Shown piece after piece: positions 40,901 through 53,140 of a DNA stretch of 64,000 nt. The position numbers and the translations under genes are program-made. How positions within the stretch are numbered: position 1 is the stretch's first letter; the number at the start of each line of letters is the position of its first letter. Origin of the DNA: Antedon mediterranea (taxonomy: Eukaryota; Animalia; Echinodermata); contig NC_092670.1 of the NCBI RefSeq assembly GCF_964355755.1, positions 35,886,388 to 35,950,387 of the forward strand, in the 5' to 3' direction. The notes under the pieces were generated by a model. That model did no database searches. It was not told the origin of the DNA and saw nothing but the letters and a program-made list of their open reading frames with translations.

Positions 40901-43900
40901 TAGGATAAGAAATTACTTAAGGGCCTAATATAATATACTTTTTTGCAACAATAAAGCTGTATTTCATGATCAGTACTACTAACTACTAATACTGTAGGCC
41001 TACTATATAATTTCTCTGCATAACCCAGATTTTAGTAGGTAAAAAATGTCTCTGTAAGCTTATTAAAACAACCAAAATTGCTCTGAGAGCCAAAGCTTCC
41101 AGGGCGCTTCGCCCCCTGGACCCCGACCGGGGGGCGATTTTTTTTTCGTACATAAGTTGGGGACCCCATCATGAAACGTCACAAAATAAACATGAATAAT
41201 TCATCAGTTAAATTTTCTTGTTCCGTGTGCACCCAAGCGTATAGCAACAAGAAGTGATTACACAAGTGCGGTACGATTCTAGGCCTATCTCCGCTGATTT
41301 CATAATAGAATAGCGGAGTTTTGTGTGGATTGTCGAAATAATCAGCCTTTAGTTTATGGTGTTTTTAATATAGTTTATTACTAAAGAATTACGTGTTAAA
41401 ATTATAGTTTCTATTGATACTATTAGGCCTAATTACTAGTCTCTAAACCCCTGTATATTCTAGTAGTAGTAGCTGTGTGGGTGTGTGTGACTTGTGTCTT
41501 TGGGCTATGTCCAATTACTACTTATAGTCAATGGGATTTAGGCTTTTAACTCACACAAATTGCAAGAAAAGGTTTTTTTGATGAAAAGTGTTCTTTAGAC
41601 CCTACTGAACACATTTATCAACGTTAGGACATTTTTCGACAACAGGAAGTAGCCTAATTTGCATAATTAAAGATGGCCGCCATTTTTAATAACGTACTCT
41701 GTATCTTGGAAACCGCTAGTCACAGATACTTAATTATGGTGTCAAAATCGTTAGAATATATGTTTTTATATTCACTTTAATGAAAAAGTTTGTCCAAAAA
41801 TGAATGGAAGTGCTATTTCTAACATTATTGACCTTTGACCTTGATTTATCATATCTCAGCAACCACTAATCGGAGATATACAAATTAGGGCTTAAATTGT
41901 TCAGAAACTACACATTTATATCTAGTCTAATGGCATGTTTTTGCAAAAAATGGCGGATTCTAACATTATTGACCTTTGACCTTGATTTATCATATCTTAG
42001 CAACCACTAATCTGAGAGACACACAATATGGCTCAAACTGTTAAAAAACTACATATTTATATTTAGTCTAATGGCACGTTTTTGCAAAAAATGGCCGATT
42101 CTAACATTATTGACCTTTGAACTTTGCACTACATAAAATCGCATAACTTTGAAAATATCGTACATATGAAATTATTTTTAGTGTCAAATTGTTCAGAACA
42201 TACATGTTTCTATAGAGTCCAATGACACATTATGTCCAATAATGGCCTATTGTATGGTTATTAACATTTGAACTATATTTGAAAAGTCTTTAAACCCGGA
42301 ATCTTCTTCATGTGGACATCCATTAGAACATGTGATTTGGCACTCTAAAATGTAAGAGTTGCAACGTTGACTTATTATGTTTAGTTTAAAGTAGGCCATG
42401 GTACATTAAATTTATAAGCATAAACTATTGCATTCATCCATAAACCGCCTACAAGTTTACACGTTTGTTTATTTTATTTCTTATCGTTTTCGCAGCTGAA
42501 GCTGATATTCATATTAAAAGCATTAAAATTGATGGTTAAAAAATGGTACAAATTAAACCACATACATTAAACATGGTACATACACAATACATTCACGTAA
42601 AAAAAGTACAAAAACAAGTTATAAAAGCTTAAAAACTATACACCACTAGTAGTCGTACTGTATATGGTTATTGAAATAAATAAATAAATTCCATAAGAAA
42701 CTGAGGTTTTTACTGTATACGGCGAAAATATTGCAAGTGGTGGTCAGCCTAATTATGAGTCTCGATAGCCAATTAATTAAACTAAACTAAATATGTTGCA
42801 TTAATATCGATCTTTTAAAATTCCAGTTGTCAACAATGCGTCTATTAGTAGAAAATGCCTTCTTAATAAGATTATGTTTCAACCTAAAAGAATGCCCTCA
42901 AGAGTGTGATGCTATCCTCAGCAAAATACTGTATAAACTAAATAATCTTTAGAAATTTGTTTTTTTGAATATGCCATTTAATGGCAATTTAATTTGATCA
43001 AAAAATAAATTACTAACTTGAAAAAAACGTTAATAAACCTGCAAAATGGCATGGCCTATTTAAAGTATGTACAATATATCATAAAAAAAACTACATTTTT
43101 GTTGGCTCTGTTAATAGTGTCAACACCAACTTTCTCCTGAGTAAGATGTAAGACCTAATTAAAAATGTATTAATAATCCAAACCTATAATGTATGTATAT
43201 ATAGTCTAATATTTTTATTTTAAAGTGAATATTTTCAGTTTTTAAATTTAATTTAAATCAACTGGTTACATGCACTTTAAATTACCACCATATTCTAAAC
43301 AAGTAGTGCCAAATCACATGTTCTAATGAATGCCTACATGAAGAAGATTCCGGGTTTAAAAATCCTTTTCAAATATAGTTCAAATGTTAATAACCATACA
43401 ATAGGTCATTATTGGACATAATGTGTCATTGGACTCTATAGAAACATGTATGTTTTGAATAATTTGAAACTAAAAATAATTTCATATGTACAATATTTTC
43501 AAAGTTATGCGATTTTATGTAGTGCAAAGTTCAAAGGTCAATAATGTTAGAATCGGCCATTTTTTGCAAAAACATGCCATTAGACTAAATATAAATATGT
43601 AGTTACTGAACAGTTTGAGCCATATTGTGTGTCTCTCAGATTAGTGGTTGCTAAGATATGATAAATAAAGGTCAAAGGTTAATAAAGTTAGAATCCGCCA
43701 TTTTTTGCAAAAACATGCCATTAGACTGGATATAAATGTGTAGTTTCTGAACAATTTAAGCCCTAATTTGTATATCTCCGATTAGTGGTTGCTGAGATAT
43801 GAGAATTCAAGGTCAAAGGTCAATAATGTTAGAAATAGCACTTCCATTCATTTTTGGACAAACTTTTTCAATAAAGTGAATATAAAAACATATATTCTAA

Positions 43901-46900
43901 CGATTTTGACACCATAATTAAGTATTTGTGACTAGCGGTTTCCAAGATACAGAGTACGTTATTAAAAATGGCGGCCATTTTTAATTATGCAAATTAGGCT
44001 ACTTCCCGTTGTCGAAAAATGTCCTAACGTTGATAAATGTGCAATTTATGTGAGAAAAGGGTCATTTTTTAGCTAAATCCCATGGACTATTAGTTTAATG
44101 TTTTGCCTAGCTGTCGATTAGCCTCGACATATTTTGCATAGTGTGGACGTGTGTGTGAAGAAGAGTGCGCGAAGGCAATCACGTGAATTGACCTAGAATC
44201 CTAGGCCTATTATTGTAGAAAGAATCGTATCGCAGTTGTTGTTCCGTGTGCACCCAAGCGTTCTTGGACATAGCCCAAAGAAAGCTTAGACCCACAAGAA
44301 TAAAGAATGTGTATAATTTGTGTACTGTATTTTTTTAATTCTGCTATCAATTATCAAACAATATGCAATGTACTCAAAGGAACTTTAAAAATGCGCGTAT
44401 ATGAACACATGAGATGGGAAGATTTGACCCACGAGAATAAAAAATGTATTTTTGTGTAATGTTTATTGTTTAATTTTGCTGACTTATTACTCGGATTGTG
44501 TCATACCAAAGATAGTGTAACTATCTTTGGTCATACAGTACCTAACACACACACACGTCACACACATCCACACAGCTACTACTAGAATAGACATGGGTTT
44601 AGAGACTAATAATTAGGCCTAATAGTATTAATAGAAACTATAATTTTAACACGTAATTCTTTAGTAATAAATTATATTAAAAACACCATAAACTAAAGGC
44701 CGATTATTTCGACAATCCACACAAAACGCCGCTATTCTTCAACAGCGGAGATAGGCCTAGAATCGTACCGCACTTGTGTAATCACTTCTTGTTGCTATAC
44801 GCTTGGGTGCACACGGAACAAGAGAATTTAACTGATGAATTATTCATGTTTATTTTGTGACGTTTCATGAGGGGGTCCCCAACTTATGTACGAAAAAAAA
44901 AATCGCGACCGGGGGCCCTTGGCGGCCCGCGATTTTTTTTTTCGTACATAAGTTGGGGACCCCCTCATGAAACGTCACAAAATAAACATGAATAATTCAT
45001 CAGTTAAATTTGTTGTTCCGTGTGCACCCAAGCGTATAGCAACAAGAAGCGATTACACAACTGCGATACGATACTTTCTACAGTAGGCCTAGGTAAGTCA
45101 ATTCACGCGATTGCCTTCGCGCACTCTTCTTCACACAAAATGTGTCGAGTCGAGGCTAATCGACAGCTAGGCAAGACATTAAACTAAGTAGTAATTCATT
45201 GGACATAGCCCAAAGAAAGCTTAGACCCACAAGAATAAAGAATGTGTATAATTTGTGTACTGTATTTTTTTTTTTATTCTGCTATTTTATTATCAAACAA
45301 TGCATGTACTCAAAGGAACTTTAAAAATGCGCGTATATGAACACATGAGATGGGAAGATTAGACCCACGAGAATAAAAAATGTATTTTTGTGTAATGTTT
45401 ATTGTTTAATTTTGTTGACTTATTACTCGGATTGTGTCATACCTATAACACACACACACACACAGCTCTACTAGAATAGACATATGTCTAGAGACTAATA
45501 ATTAGGCCTAGGCCTAATAGTATTAATAGAAACTATAATTTTAACACGTAATTCTTTAGTAAATTATATTAAAAACACTATCATAAACTAAAGGCTGATT
45601 ATTTCGACAATCCACACAAAACGCCGCTATTCTTCTATGAAACAACAACAACAGCGCGGAGATAGGCCTAGAATCGTACCGCACTTCTTGTGTAATCACT
45701 TCTTGTTGCTATACGCTTGGGTGCACACGGAACAAGAACATTTAACTAATGAATTATTCATGTTTATTTTGTGACGTTTCATGAGGGGGTCCCCAACTTA
45801 TGTACGAAAAAAAAAATCGCTGGCGGCCCCCTGGCCCCCAGCCTACAGTTGCTCACTGCGCTCGCAAAATACTTGGTGTCAAGAAAACCCCCCTCTGATG
45901 CATTCTGGCTACGGGCCTGACAGGTCTAGACCCACTCGCATAAATGGTGCGAAGAATTTTCTGTGTGAAAGGGGAGTAATTATCATATTAGAACAGGAAA
46001 TTGGAAAAATATACACAAACATTATAAAGTTTACATTACAAATTTATGATCGCTGTGGATAAAGGCGAATTACTTCCCTAATCGGGGTTTCAACGTAAAT
46101 ACAACCGACATGTTTACTACTAAAGGATGTGTAATTGAAGTTAAAAGGAAGCGTAAACATTTATTAATAATTTCCAATTTGACCAGTTTTTAGAGGCATT
46201 TTTCCATATATTATCTTCTATCTTTCCATATATATGTATACATCCAACAGGACAATAACTCATTTTAAAATCGAATAACATTTGAAAATATGATCATAAA
46301 AATATTTTAAAAGTATTATAATAAATAAGCACTATAGTAAAGTTAGGTTTGCGGTATACCACGTGTTTCAAAGAGAAAAATGGTTTACCGGAAGCCAAAC
46401 TTTGGTTTGATTCTACGAATAGAGTTTGGACTATACTTTTGGTTATTTAGGCTATTCATATATATATTTCGTTCTGTGTTTTATTTGTTTTCAATGTAAG
46501 GTACGATGAAGGTCAATAAAGAATTGAATTCGTATAAATTAAAATAACATTGCGAAACAGGCACATTTGCAACAATTGAAATTCTGAAAATAATTACCAG
46601 TAGCATTGACAGACAATGTATTGTATAACAACACGTATTCATAATGTATCCATGGCACTATCATTTTCTTAGATTATGTATGCAAGTAATAATAATAATT
46701 AGGTGTCGTAATATTTTATGATGTATGCTGTATCAATACCTATGAAACTAATCGGCGTTGTGTCATAAAACCTCTTGTTATAGTCCTTGGTAGAAAATCA
46801 ATGAAGACTATTAAACAGTCCTTTTACAGGGTTAGTTATTTTTTAACGACAACTTGTATTGATATTTTTCAATAAATTATTCATGTATTACCCTTGGTAC

Positions 46901-49900
46901 GTCGAACCCGAATTTGTATAGGTCCGTGAGATGAGAAATGCTGAGGAATTCCTTTGTTGTGTGTTTAATCAGAAGGACTTGTAGCTTGAGGTTCTTCAAT
47001 GTACTCTCTTTCCAATTCTATTGAAGATAGCAAAAGAATAAATAAAATGCGATACACTCATACTGGAAACAAATTTTTAGATGGGGTACAGTAATGGATC
47101 TAGTATGGAGCTGTTTAATACTGTAGCTCCATAGTTCAAGTAATCATGTTTTGAAATATAAATATCCGATATGAATATTTACGAAACGAAAGAATATTTG
47201 ATACAAAAGGGAAGTAAACAATTATTATTATTATCGTAAAATGAAGTAGCTGGAGATAGTCATCTGATAGATGATTTTGAAGTTCATTATGTCAGGGCAA
47301 TCTAACAACAGGGATGCTGAGCTCCGGAGATCAAAGAGTTTATCTGTGGCTGCGACACAATTAGATCCACGCGCATTACCAGACACCGTGCGCCGCGGAG
47401 AATATGTACATTAGTACAGTACTGTGGTATTTGTCGGAGCCAGACATAAGGTCAAAGGGCTGTTACGAGTTCCTATCTTGGCAATGCGAGCTCAGTCTCC
47501 TGTTGTGAAATTGCCTGGGTTATATTTAATTTGCTGCACTTTATTGTCCATGATAGTGAACGGTTTTACAGTCTCAATAATGAATGAAAGGCATTTTGCA
47601 CTATTAATTAGTTGTTATTTTGTATTACCGTATATCACTATAGAAAGTAGATAACTGTTTATTAAACCACAATATGAATAGGTCATAAAAAGGTATCCAG
47701 TTGTGTCATCCTGGTTAGGAAAATTAAATGTTAACAAAGTTCGAATGTACAAGTACATTTCGTTGTTAATGTTAGATTTCCTTGGTTAACACTGTTGAGA
47801 TGATGTAAATGCCATTGTTTCATTATCTCTTCAATAATTGGAAAAATGTCAAAATGCTTTAGTTTTAGGTTTCAGGTTTCATTGGATGTTCTTGGGAATT
47901 TCCCTAATTTCGAAAGTTTTCTGTGGTCTTGCAAATGATATAGAGGATGTAACGGAAATCCATACTTACATCATATTCCGGGTGGAATTTTTCGTCCGTT
48001 GGTAACAATTTCACCTAAAATAAAAATATAAATTTAGTATTACTTCCTTGTTCGGAGAAAGATGTGGTACAACTTCCCGCCACCACCTGAATATGCCATT
48101 AAATTTGAGATTATTTGTACAAACGCTATGTTTGGGGAAAGTGTTTGTTATTGTAGCAACCATCTTGTCATAGCAACTTCCTGCTATAAAGGGAAGGTGA
48201 ACTCTTCTCTGCTGTTTATGTAACGTTTTTTTTTTTTTTGTAGTTTTCATTTCAGTTTTTATTTCAATACTCTTAAGGTCAACTCAGACAGCGTCGTACG
48301 TATAATTATAACGAGGTCCGACGAGTCTTCTCGTCGTCGGGAGGAAATTAAACATGTTTTAAGTTCTCGCGCGCGACGACCTAAAAACTACGCCTGGCGC
48401 AAACTCAAGACGAATCGTCCCTTCGGGATTCAACTCAGCAGCGCCGACGAGTCAAGGCGTTTCGTCGGGCTTAATCGCGCGACGTTGTCTGAGTTGACCT
48501 TTAGACAACCCAATAGGCTTACAAATAGGCCTAAAATAAATGTAAATAATACCTAAACTCAATAAAAATGAATTTCAAACCTGTCTCGGTATTCCCGGTT
48601 CATCGGTAGAAAATTGGTATAACTGTCTCTTTTTGGATAACTCTTTTTCACGTTGCTCTTTTTCTTTAGAATGTTGTGGAATGCAACAGTCATTTCGTTG
48701 AAATCTGTAATCAATACAAACATAGGCCTGTAATGTTAACACATTTAAAAGCTGGTTTCCACTAGACAAATCTTACATTCCTGAAATGAATGCGATACTT
48801 TTTTTTCGCATAAAAAAATAAATGGAAATATGAATAAAGATACGCTTCAACGCGTAGTGGAAAACAAGCTTTAGGAATCAGATATTGTTTTTAATATTAT
48901 GTGTTACAGAAACAAAATAATACGACAAAGGATTGGAAAAATATGATTGATTTATTATCTAATATATATACAGCAATCGTATTAATATATTAACCTTAAC
49001 CCAATTAAAATACCGCAATAAGTGTTATCGTATTAAACCATCCGATTTAGTGGATTAAGAACTGTACTTTTATTGTTGTTATTTATAAGCTAGTTTGGTT
49101 TTCTTCCAGATTCGGTTGGAATAAAGCGTTTATTATGACTTGCTATATTAGGCCTATGATATACCTACTTTTAACTTGCTTGGCCAACGCCTGCTCGAAT
49201 GATCCGTCGCGTGTGTGATTAAAAATTAAGCTTTAGAGTACGTAGGCCTACTTGCGCTGCGCCCTACACAGTGAAATAACAAACATTTTGTCCCGGGACA
49301 TTGGGTACAATAAACGAAAGGAATTAGTTAGTTGGGGGCGCCATTCGGGAGATTTCTAATTTTGTCGACAAAATACAATTTTTGTCGACAAAATACAATT
49401 TTTGTCGACAAAATACAATTTTTGTCGACAAAATTAGTGATGTCCCGAACGGCGCCCCGTAATTAGTAACATGATCTACAAAATATGTATGCTACGTACT
49501 GTGTTCATTGAATTTGAACAATATAGAATTAAAATACCCGAATCTCAGAGCATTTTGTCTCCTGACAATTTATATTTTTAGAGCGACTTAGCCGATATAG
49601 GCCTATATTAATTATTCCCCCATCAATTGCTTCATTCAAAGCTAGATATTGATTTCATTTTTGTTTCCATAAAACTAAAAAAATGTTTTCTGATTTTATT
49701 CAAGACAGACCACAATGCAAAACAGGTTTTTTTTTACCTGATTGTGTAATCCTGTATAAAGATGTTTTAACATCTAAAAATAAATAAATATATATACTCA
49801 TGATATTAATCACGGCTATTTTACTACATTTACTATAGTAGCTGAAGTGCAATCAACTATTGTCAGGGTTTAACATTCGGTTGGGTCTCATCTCGAGGGC

Positions 49901-50729
49901 CTACACATATGCTAAAAACCGTATTAGAATGTCAATTTTCTGTGTAAAAAAACGAGAATAACAATGTATATAAGTAAGTATAGTAAAGCATATTAGTACT
50001 GCAAGTGATATAATTTGGACCAGGGTAGGGAGGGTCTCTACTTGAAAGTTAAGCCTACGTGCAGTTTATAGGTTGCCAATTAAATGAAGCGGTCTGTGCG
50101 AATCCGGTTTAAGGATGCAAAGAACAAAATGCTGTAATACAATGATTCAAGGTCAGCCTCTCAATTACCTGCATCGCAGGCCTACCCTCCAAACAGGTTT
50201 ACAGGTCAATACATTGTTGTTCAACCGATTTATGCCGATAAACGTTAAACACGTTAGTAGGCCTATGCCTTTGACGTGAAGTTCTAATCATGGTATTTAA
50301 TACCTCCATGTGCTAATGTTATGCTTTTATTAAATCTTACGTAATAAAGTAGACCCACCTTAACTTTCCGTCGGCGGCACGAATCCAACGGTTCAGCGGG
50401 AACTGAAATAAATCCTCCTCTCCCTTGACAACGGAGACCCACTCTGCATACCAATCATCCTTTATCCGATCTTTACCCTTATTCCAAATATCAATTGCAA
50501 CAACATCACCGAAACTCGTACTTAAGCCCTTGACATTAAACACGTCTGTCTGTCCACGTTCTAGATCATCGTGTAACCGCGTATCTAGTTTGATTTTAGG
50601 CGATGCTTCTCCGTTCTTGTTGTACAACACGACGTAGACGTTAGCGTCAGTTCCTCCGTGAGGACGATCGCCAGTCTTGGCTATAACCGTGTAACAACTG
50701 TCTTTTCTCTTGCTCAAATCGTTTCCCAT
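31928..50729 (-). CDS. Divergent lipoxygenase LOX5, 13 exons, 663 aa
   Basis: Exons 50729-50359, 48704-48581, 48014-47970, 47017-46892, 39103-39006, 38382-38265, 36569-36474, 35988-35774, 35554-35292, 34560-34478, 33118-32945, 32657-32494, 32042-31928 (1992 nt, in frame). Motifs PLAT, WILAKMW, HEACTHLCYTHL, QHAAVNF, C-terminal PNDTSI. Confidence 0.92.
33201..33505. mobile_element. MITE sharing TIR (TTTTCGTACATAAGTTGGGGACCCC) with the elements at 41134 and 44929; carries a tRNA-like segment
   Basis: ttttcgtacataagttggggacccct...aggggtccccaacttatgtacgaaaa; internal tagtcaagtgg (A box) and gagttcgaatcc (B box). Confidence 0.8.
33622..34172. mobile_element. TTAA-flanked non-autonomous DNA transposon (Kolobok-like)
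   Basis: ttaa|atatgtattgtccctt...aagggacaatacatct|ttaa. Confidence 0.75.
34762..35062. repeat. Tandem duplication, ~166-bp period, 2 copies
   Basis: tataacatttatgta...tttactggggt...atagatcgataattattgaatgtatgatcaatta occurs twice. Confidence 0.85.
35122..35290. mobile_element. MITE family A copy inserted into a LOX5 splice donor
   Basis: Right end ctagtgggaaccaagcttta abuts the exon boundary at 35291/35292; degenerate left end ttaagttatattcccacta. Confidence 0.78.
36275..36335 (-). mobile_element. tRNA-derived SINE head
   Basis: Minus strand ggagctgtaacttagtggttaacgtacttgccttccaatcccaaggtccggggttcaatcc has A and B boxes but no complete acceptor stem. Confidence 0.6.
36637..37007. mobile_element. 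hAT-like MITE containing a nested family A MITE (36779-36963)
   Basis: cagtggcataac...gtaacgccactg termini; flanks atttacgc / ctttacgc (7/8 match, 8-bp TSD). Confidence 0.78.
38093..38134. mobile_element. 42-bp hairpin element with perfect 8-bp TSD
   Basis: gctaaaag|cagggaagagttaaatta-aataaa-taatttaactcttccctg|gctaaaag. Confidence 0.8.
39780..40878. mobile_element. Tc1/mariner-pogo-type MITE, TA TSD
   Basis: ta|ccgtatatttcggtgtataagacgcac ... gtgcgacttgtacaccgaaatatacgg|ta, with repeated gtgcgtcttat subterminal motifs. Confidence 0.88.
41134..44906. mobile_element. Long-TIR MITE with 9-bp TSD (Mutator-like), interrupted by a fold-back element
   Basis: gaccggggg|gcgatttttttttcgtacataagttggggacccc ... 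ggggtccccaacttatgtacgaaaaaaaaaatcgc|gaccggggg; arms of ~350 bp. Confidence 0.9.
41525..44089. mobile_element. Fold-back element with ~800-bp inverted arms and TTA TSD (PIF/Harbinger-like)
   Basis: tta|tagtcaatgggatttag ... ctaaatcccatggacta|tta. Arms are 41525-42344 and 43305-44089, each with three ~140-bp subrepeats (ttctaacattattgacctttga). The empty site is visible in the sister copy near 45180-45195. Confidence 0.88.
44929..45820. mobile_element. Second copy of the long-TIR 9-bp-TSD MITE, opposite internal orientation
   Basis: tggcggccc|gcgatttttttttt...aaaaaaaaatcgc|tggcggccc. Confidence 0.9.
48276..48500. mobile_element. MITE with TTA TSD (PIF/Harbinger-like)
   Basis: tta|aggtcaactcagacagcgtcg ... 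cgacgttgtctgagttgacct|tta. Confidence 0.85.
49334..49459. repeat. Small inverted-repeat element with four 20-bp tandem units
   Basis: ggggcgccattcggga...(tttgtcgacaaaatacaatt)x~4...tcccgaacggcgcccc. Confidence 0.85.
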
Positions 50730-50891
50730 GTTTGGTACAGGTTTAAATGGTGTATAGTACACAGTTTAATCCGACGTGAGGTTAAGAGTCGTTAAAGTCC
50801 TATAGTACTTCCTATTCAAACGAGAATACAATAGAATATAGTCGTACGGAAGTATATTGGTAAGCCAAGTGTGAAGAATGTAACAGGTATG

Positions 50892-50899
50892 TGACGTCA
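50892..50899. promoter_or_regulatory. Full palindromic CRE (TGACGTCA) ~160 bp upstream of the LOX5 ATG
   Basis: Exact motif, with CCAAT at 50942; single short motif only. Confidence 0.3.
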
Positions 50900-51414
50900 T
50901 CCCTAAAGACACGGAGTGATAGGTTGAACAAAATCACACAACCAATGAGATGAACGTAGTAGGCCTACTGCATATTATAAACATGGATGATTAGTTTAAA
51001 CTAATTTTTTCGTGGTATAATTATAGGTTTTAAGTGTCAATACTATAAGGCAATAATAGTGTGTGAGCCTATATTCAATTCAGATGCCTGAAATGTTATT
51101 GTTCATTTTTCTAGTGTATAGGGCCTAAATCTTTGTTCAAGTTATTTGTGATTATTATTTGTTATTTCTATTAAAAGTCCTGTATTAGAGTGAAAAAAAC
51201 GCGATGTTCGTGTTTAGGCTTACAGTTTGCCTGTAATACTACATGGTAAATGGCATAAGAACCAATCATACCTAGTGTGTGACAACATTATCAACTATTA
51301 CTAGCTCGTAAGGGCCGAATACAACCCCAACAAAACTTATACTGCAGTTATAAAGAAACAACAAAATGAAGAATAATTAATTCAGATTTTTTTTCAATTC
51401 ATGGTATATTCCCC

Positions 51415-51469
51415 AAAAAAAAAAAAAAAAAAAAAAAATGTGTTAGTTGGTGGGGGGGGGGGGGGGGGG
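51415..51469. repeat. Poly(A) and poly(G) homopolymer runs
   Basis: A run of ~24 and G run of ~18. Confidence 0.9.
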
Positions 51470-52677
51470 CAATACATCAAATCTTAATTACCGTGTTGCT
51501 TTGTTCCTCATTTATACTTATGCATTATGAGGTAATATGATTTTAATAAGAATTTAACAAAGAATGATACTTCGTTTAAAAATTTGTTTGATTTTAATAA
51601 ACAAAATGTTTTAAAAACTATAATGTTACATAATATTGAGGGCTAAATTGATTAAAATATGCAACAACAAAAAACAACAACATTTATCTACTACCATATT
51701 TGGTATTATCGGTGGTTTACCATGGTGAACAACCGACATTACCGATCGTCTTTCTAAGTAATCGTAATTCAAGTTACCAGTTCATTGAAAGACCAAGTTT
51801 TTCATTTCATTTCATTTATTTCGTCTCACATATAACAAAAAATAACAAACAATAGAGAGACAGGATTCCCAAAGTGGAATCAAGTAGTGCAATTTTTATT
51901 TCTGTATGCCGTAGAAGAATTAGAAATAATAGAAATAATATCGGATTAGTGTCACTAGCTCTAATATTTCTAATATTTCCTTCAAATGACAACTTTGCTA
52001 ATCGCGTTTTGTATGCGGCGTCTATGAAAATGTTTTACATGGGTGGTTTGTTAAAATTTAATTAAAAATGAAATGGTATGCATTTCAATTACGGGTTGAC
52101 CTTCCCTCTGGTGACCGACTAAACTAAACCTTTTCTATATTATTTTTATATTTTCTGGATAATTGTATAGTTACTTTGTGTCAGAGGTCCTGACCAGCCT
52201 AATACCTTGTGTGAAACAGTAATTTGTTCAAGTTAAAACCGCTATTGTCCTTCAAACTTTGTGTTCCACTTATAATTTACCTGTTTATTACAAGGCACCT
52301 CAAATCAAACTTTTCCACGTCTCTATTTATTGTCTTTTTATGTTGTACAGTCCAGCAGTCAGGGTTTCGATTTTTGTCCGGACACTAAGTTAGCATAGGT
52401 CTGAACGCCATGTGTGTCAAAAATAGTTATCTTTAGTGACTGACTGTCGATTTTATTTATTTATTTATTGACTGATATTACAATTGCCTAGAATAGTGAA
52501 AACATATTTCATTCTAAAGTTATATTCTTTTTTTCCTTTTCATTTCTCAATTTTTAAACTATTGTATATTTTCCGATATTCAATCTTTCGTGAATCTATC
52601 ATTAGGCCTACTGCTTAAATAATTCTAAATCTGCTTGAATTTAAAAGCAAATGTATAAAAAAACAAAAGTATATAAT

Positions 52678-53086
52678 TGTAATAAATTACCATTCCTTAA
52701 TATGAACATTCTAGATTAAGATGTTTTGATTTAAGAAACCATGTATAATTAATAAGAACAATCAGGAACATTCCAAAAGTGCTATTAATAGAAACTGTAA
52801 TTCAATAGAATAAGAAGAAGAACGATCTAGAAGGATAGGAACATCTTGTATATAAAGGGATGTAAAACTATTGTAAGGTTGTTGGATATTCGATTGTAAA
52901 AGTTATTGTGAAGCTGTTGTTTAAAGTGCTTACTGGATTGTTGAAAGTTGAAGTTGATTGAAATTAAAGCTTTGTTTTGAGTTATTTTACAACTTTGTGG
53001 ATTTTTCGTGTATACTTTTATGTCACAAGGGAGTTCCTAAAGTATTTTCAACCGCTCGGAAACATACGTAAGAGGAGTTCGTGACA
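52678..53086 (+). mobile_element. Probable solo LTR (Gypsy-like), 409 bp
   Basis: taat|TGTaat...cgtgACA|taat (TG..CA ends, 4-bp TSD), with internal TATATAAA (~52849) and then ATTAAA (~52963). Confidence 0.65.
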
Positions 53087-53140
53087 TAATTATTGTATAA
53101 TATTGTTATCGAGCTACCATACCGTAGCATAAAAATATCA

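Larger units (their letters stand above)
39323..45919. mobile_element. Outer non-autonomous DNA transposon (15-bp TIR, 5-bp TSD) hosting four nested insertions
   Basis: acagg|caggcccgtagccag ... ctggctacgggcctg|acagg. Confidence 0.85.

Noticed and set aside
49360-49435. CRISPR-like array
   Set aside because: The units are identical with no unique spacers, there are no cas genes, and the context is eukaryotic.
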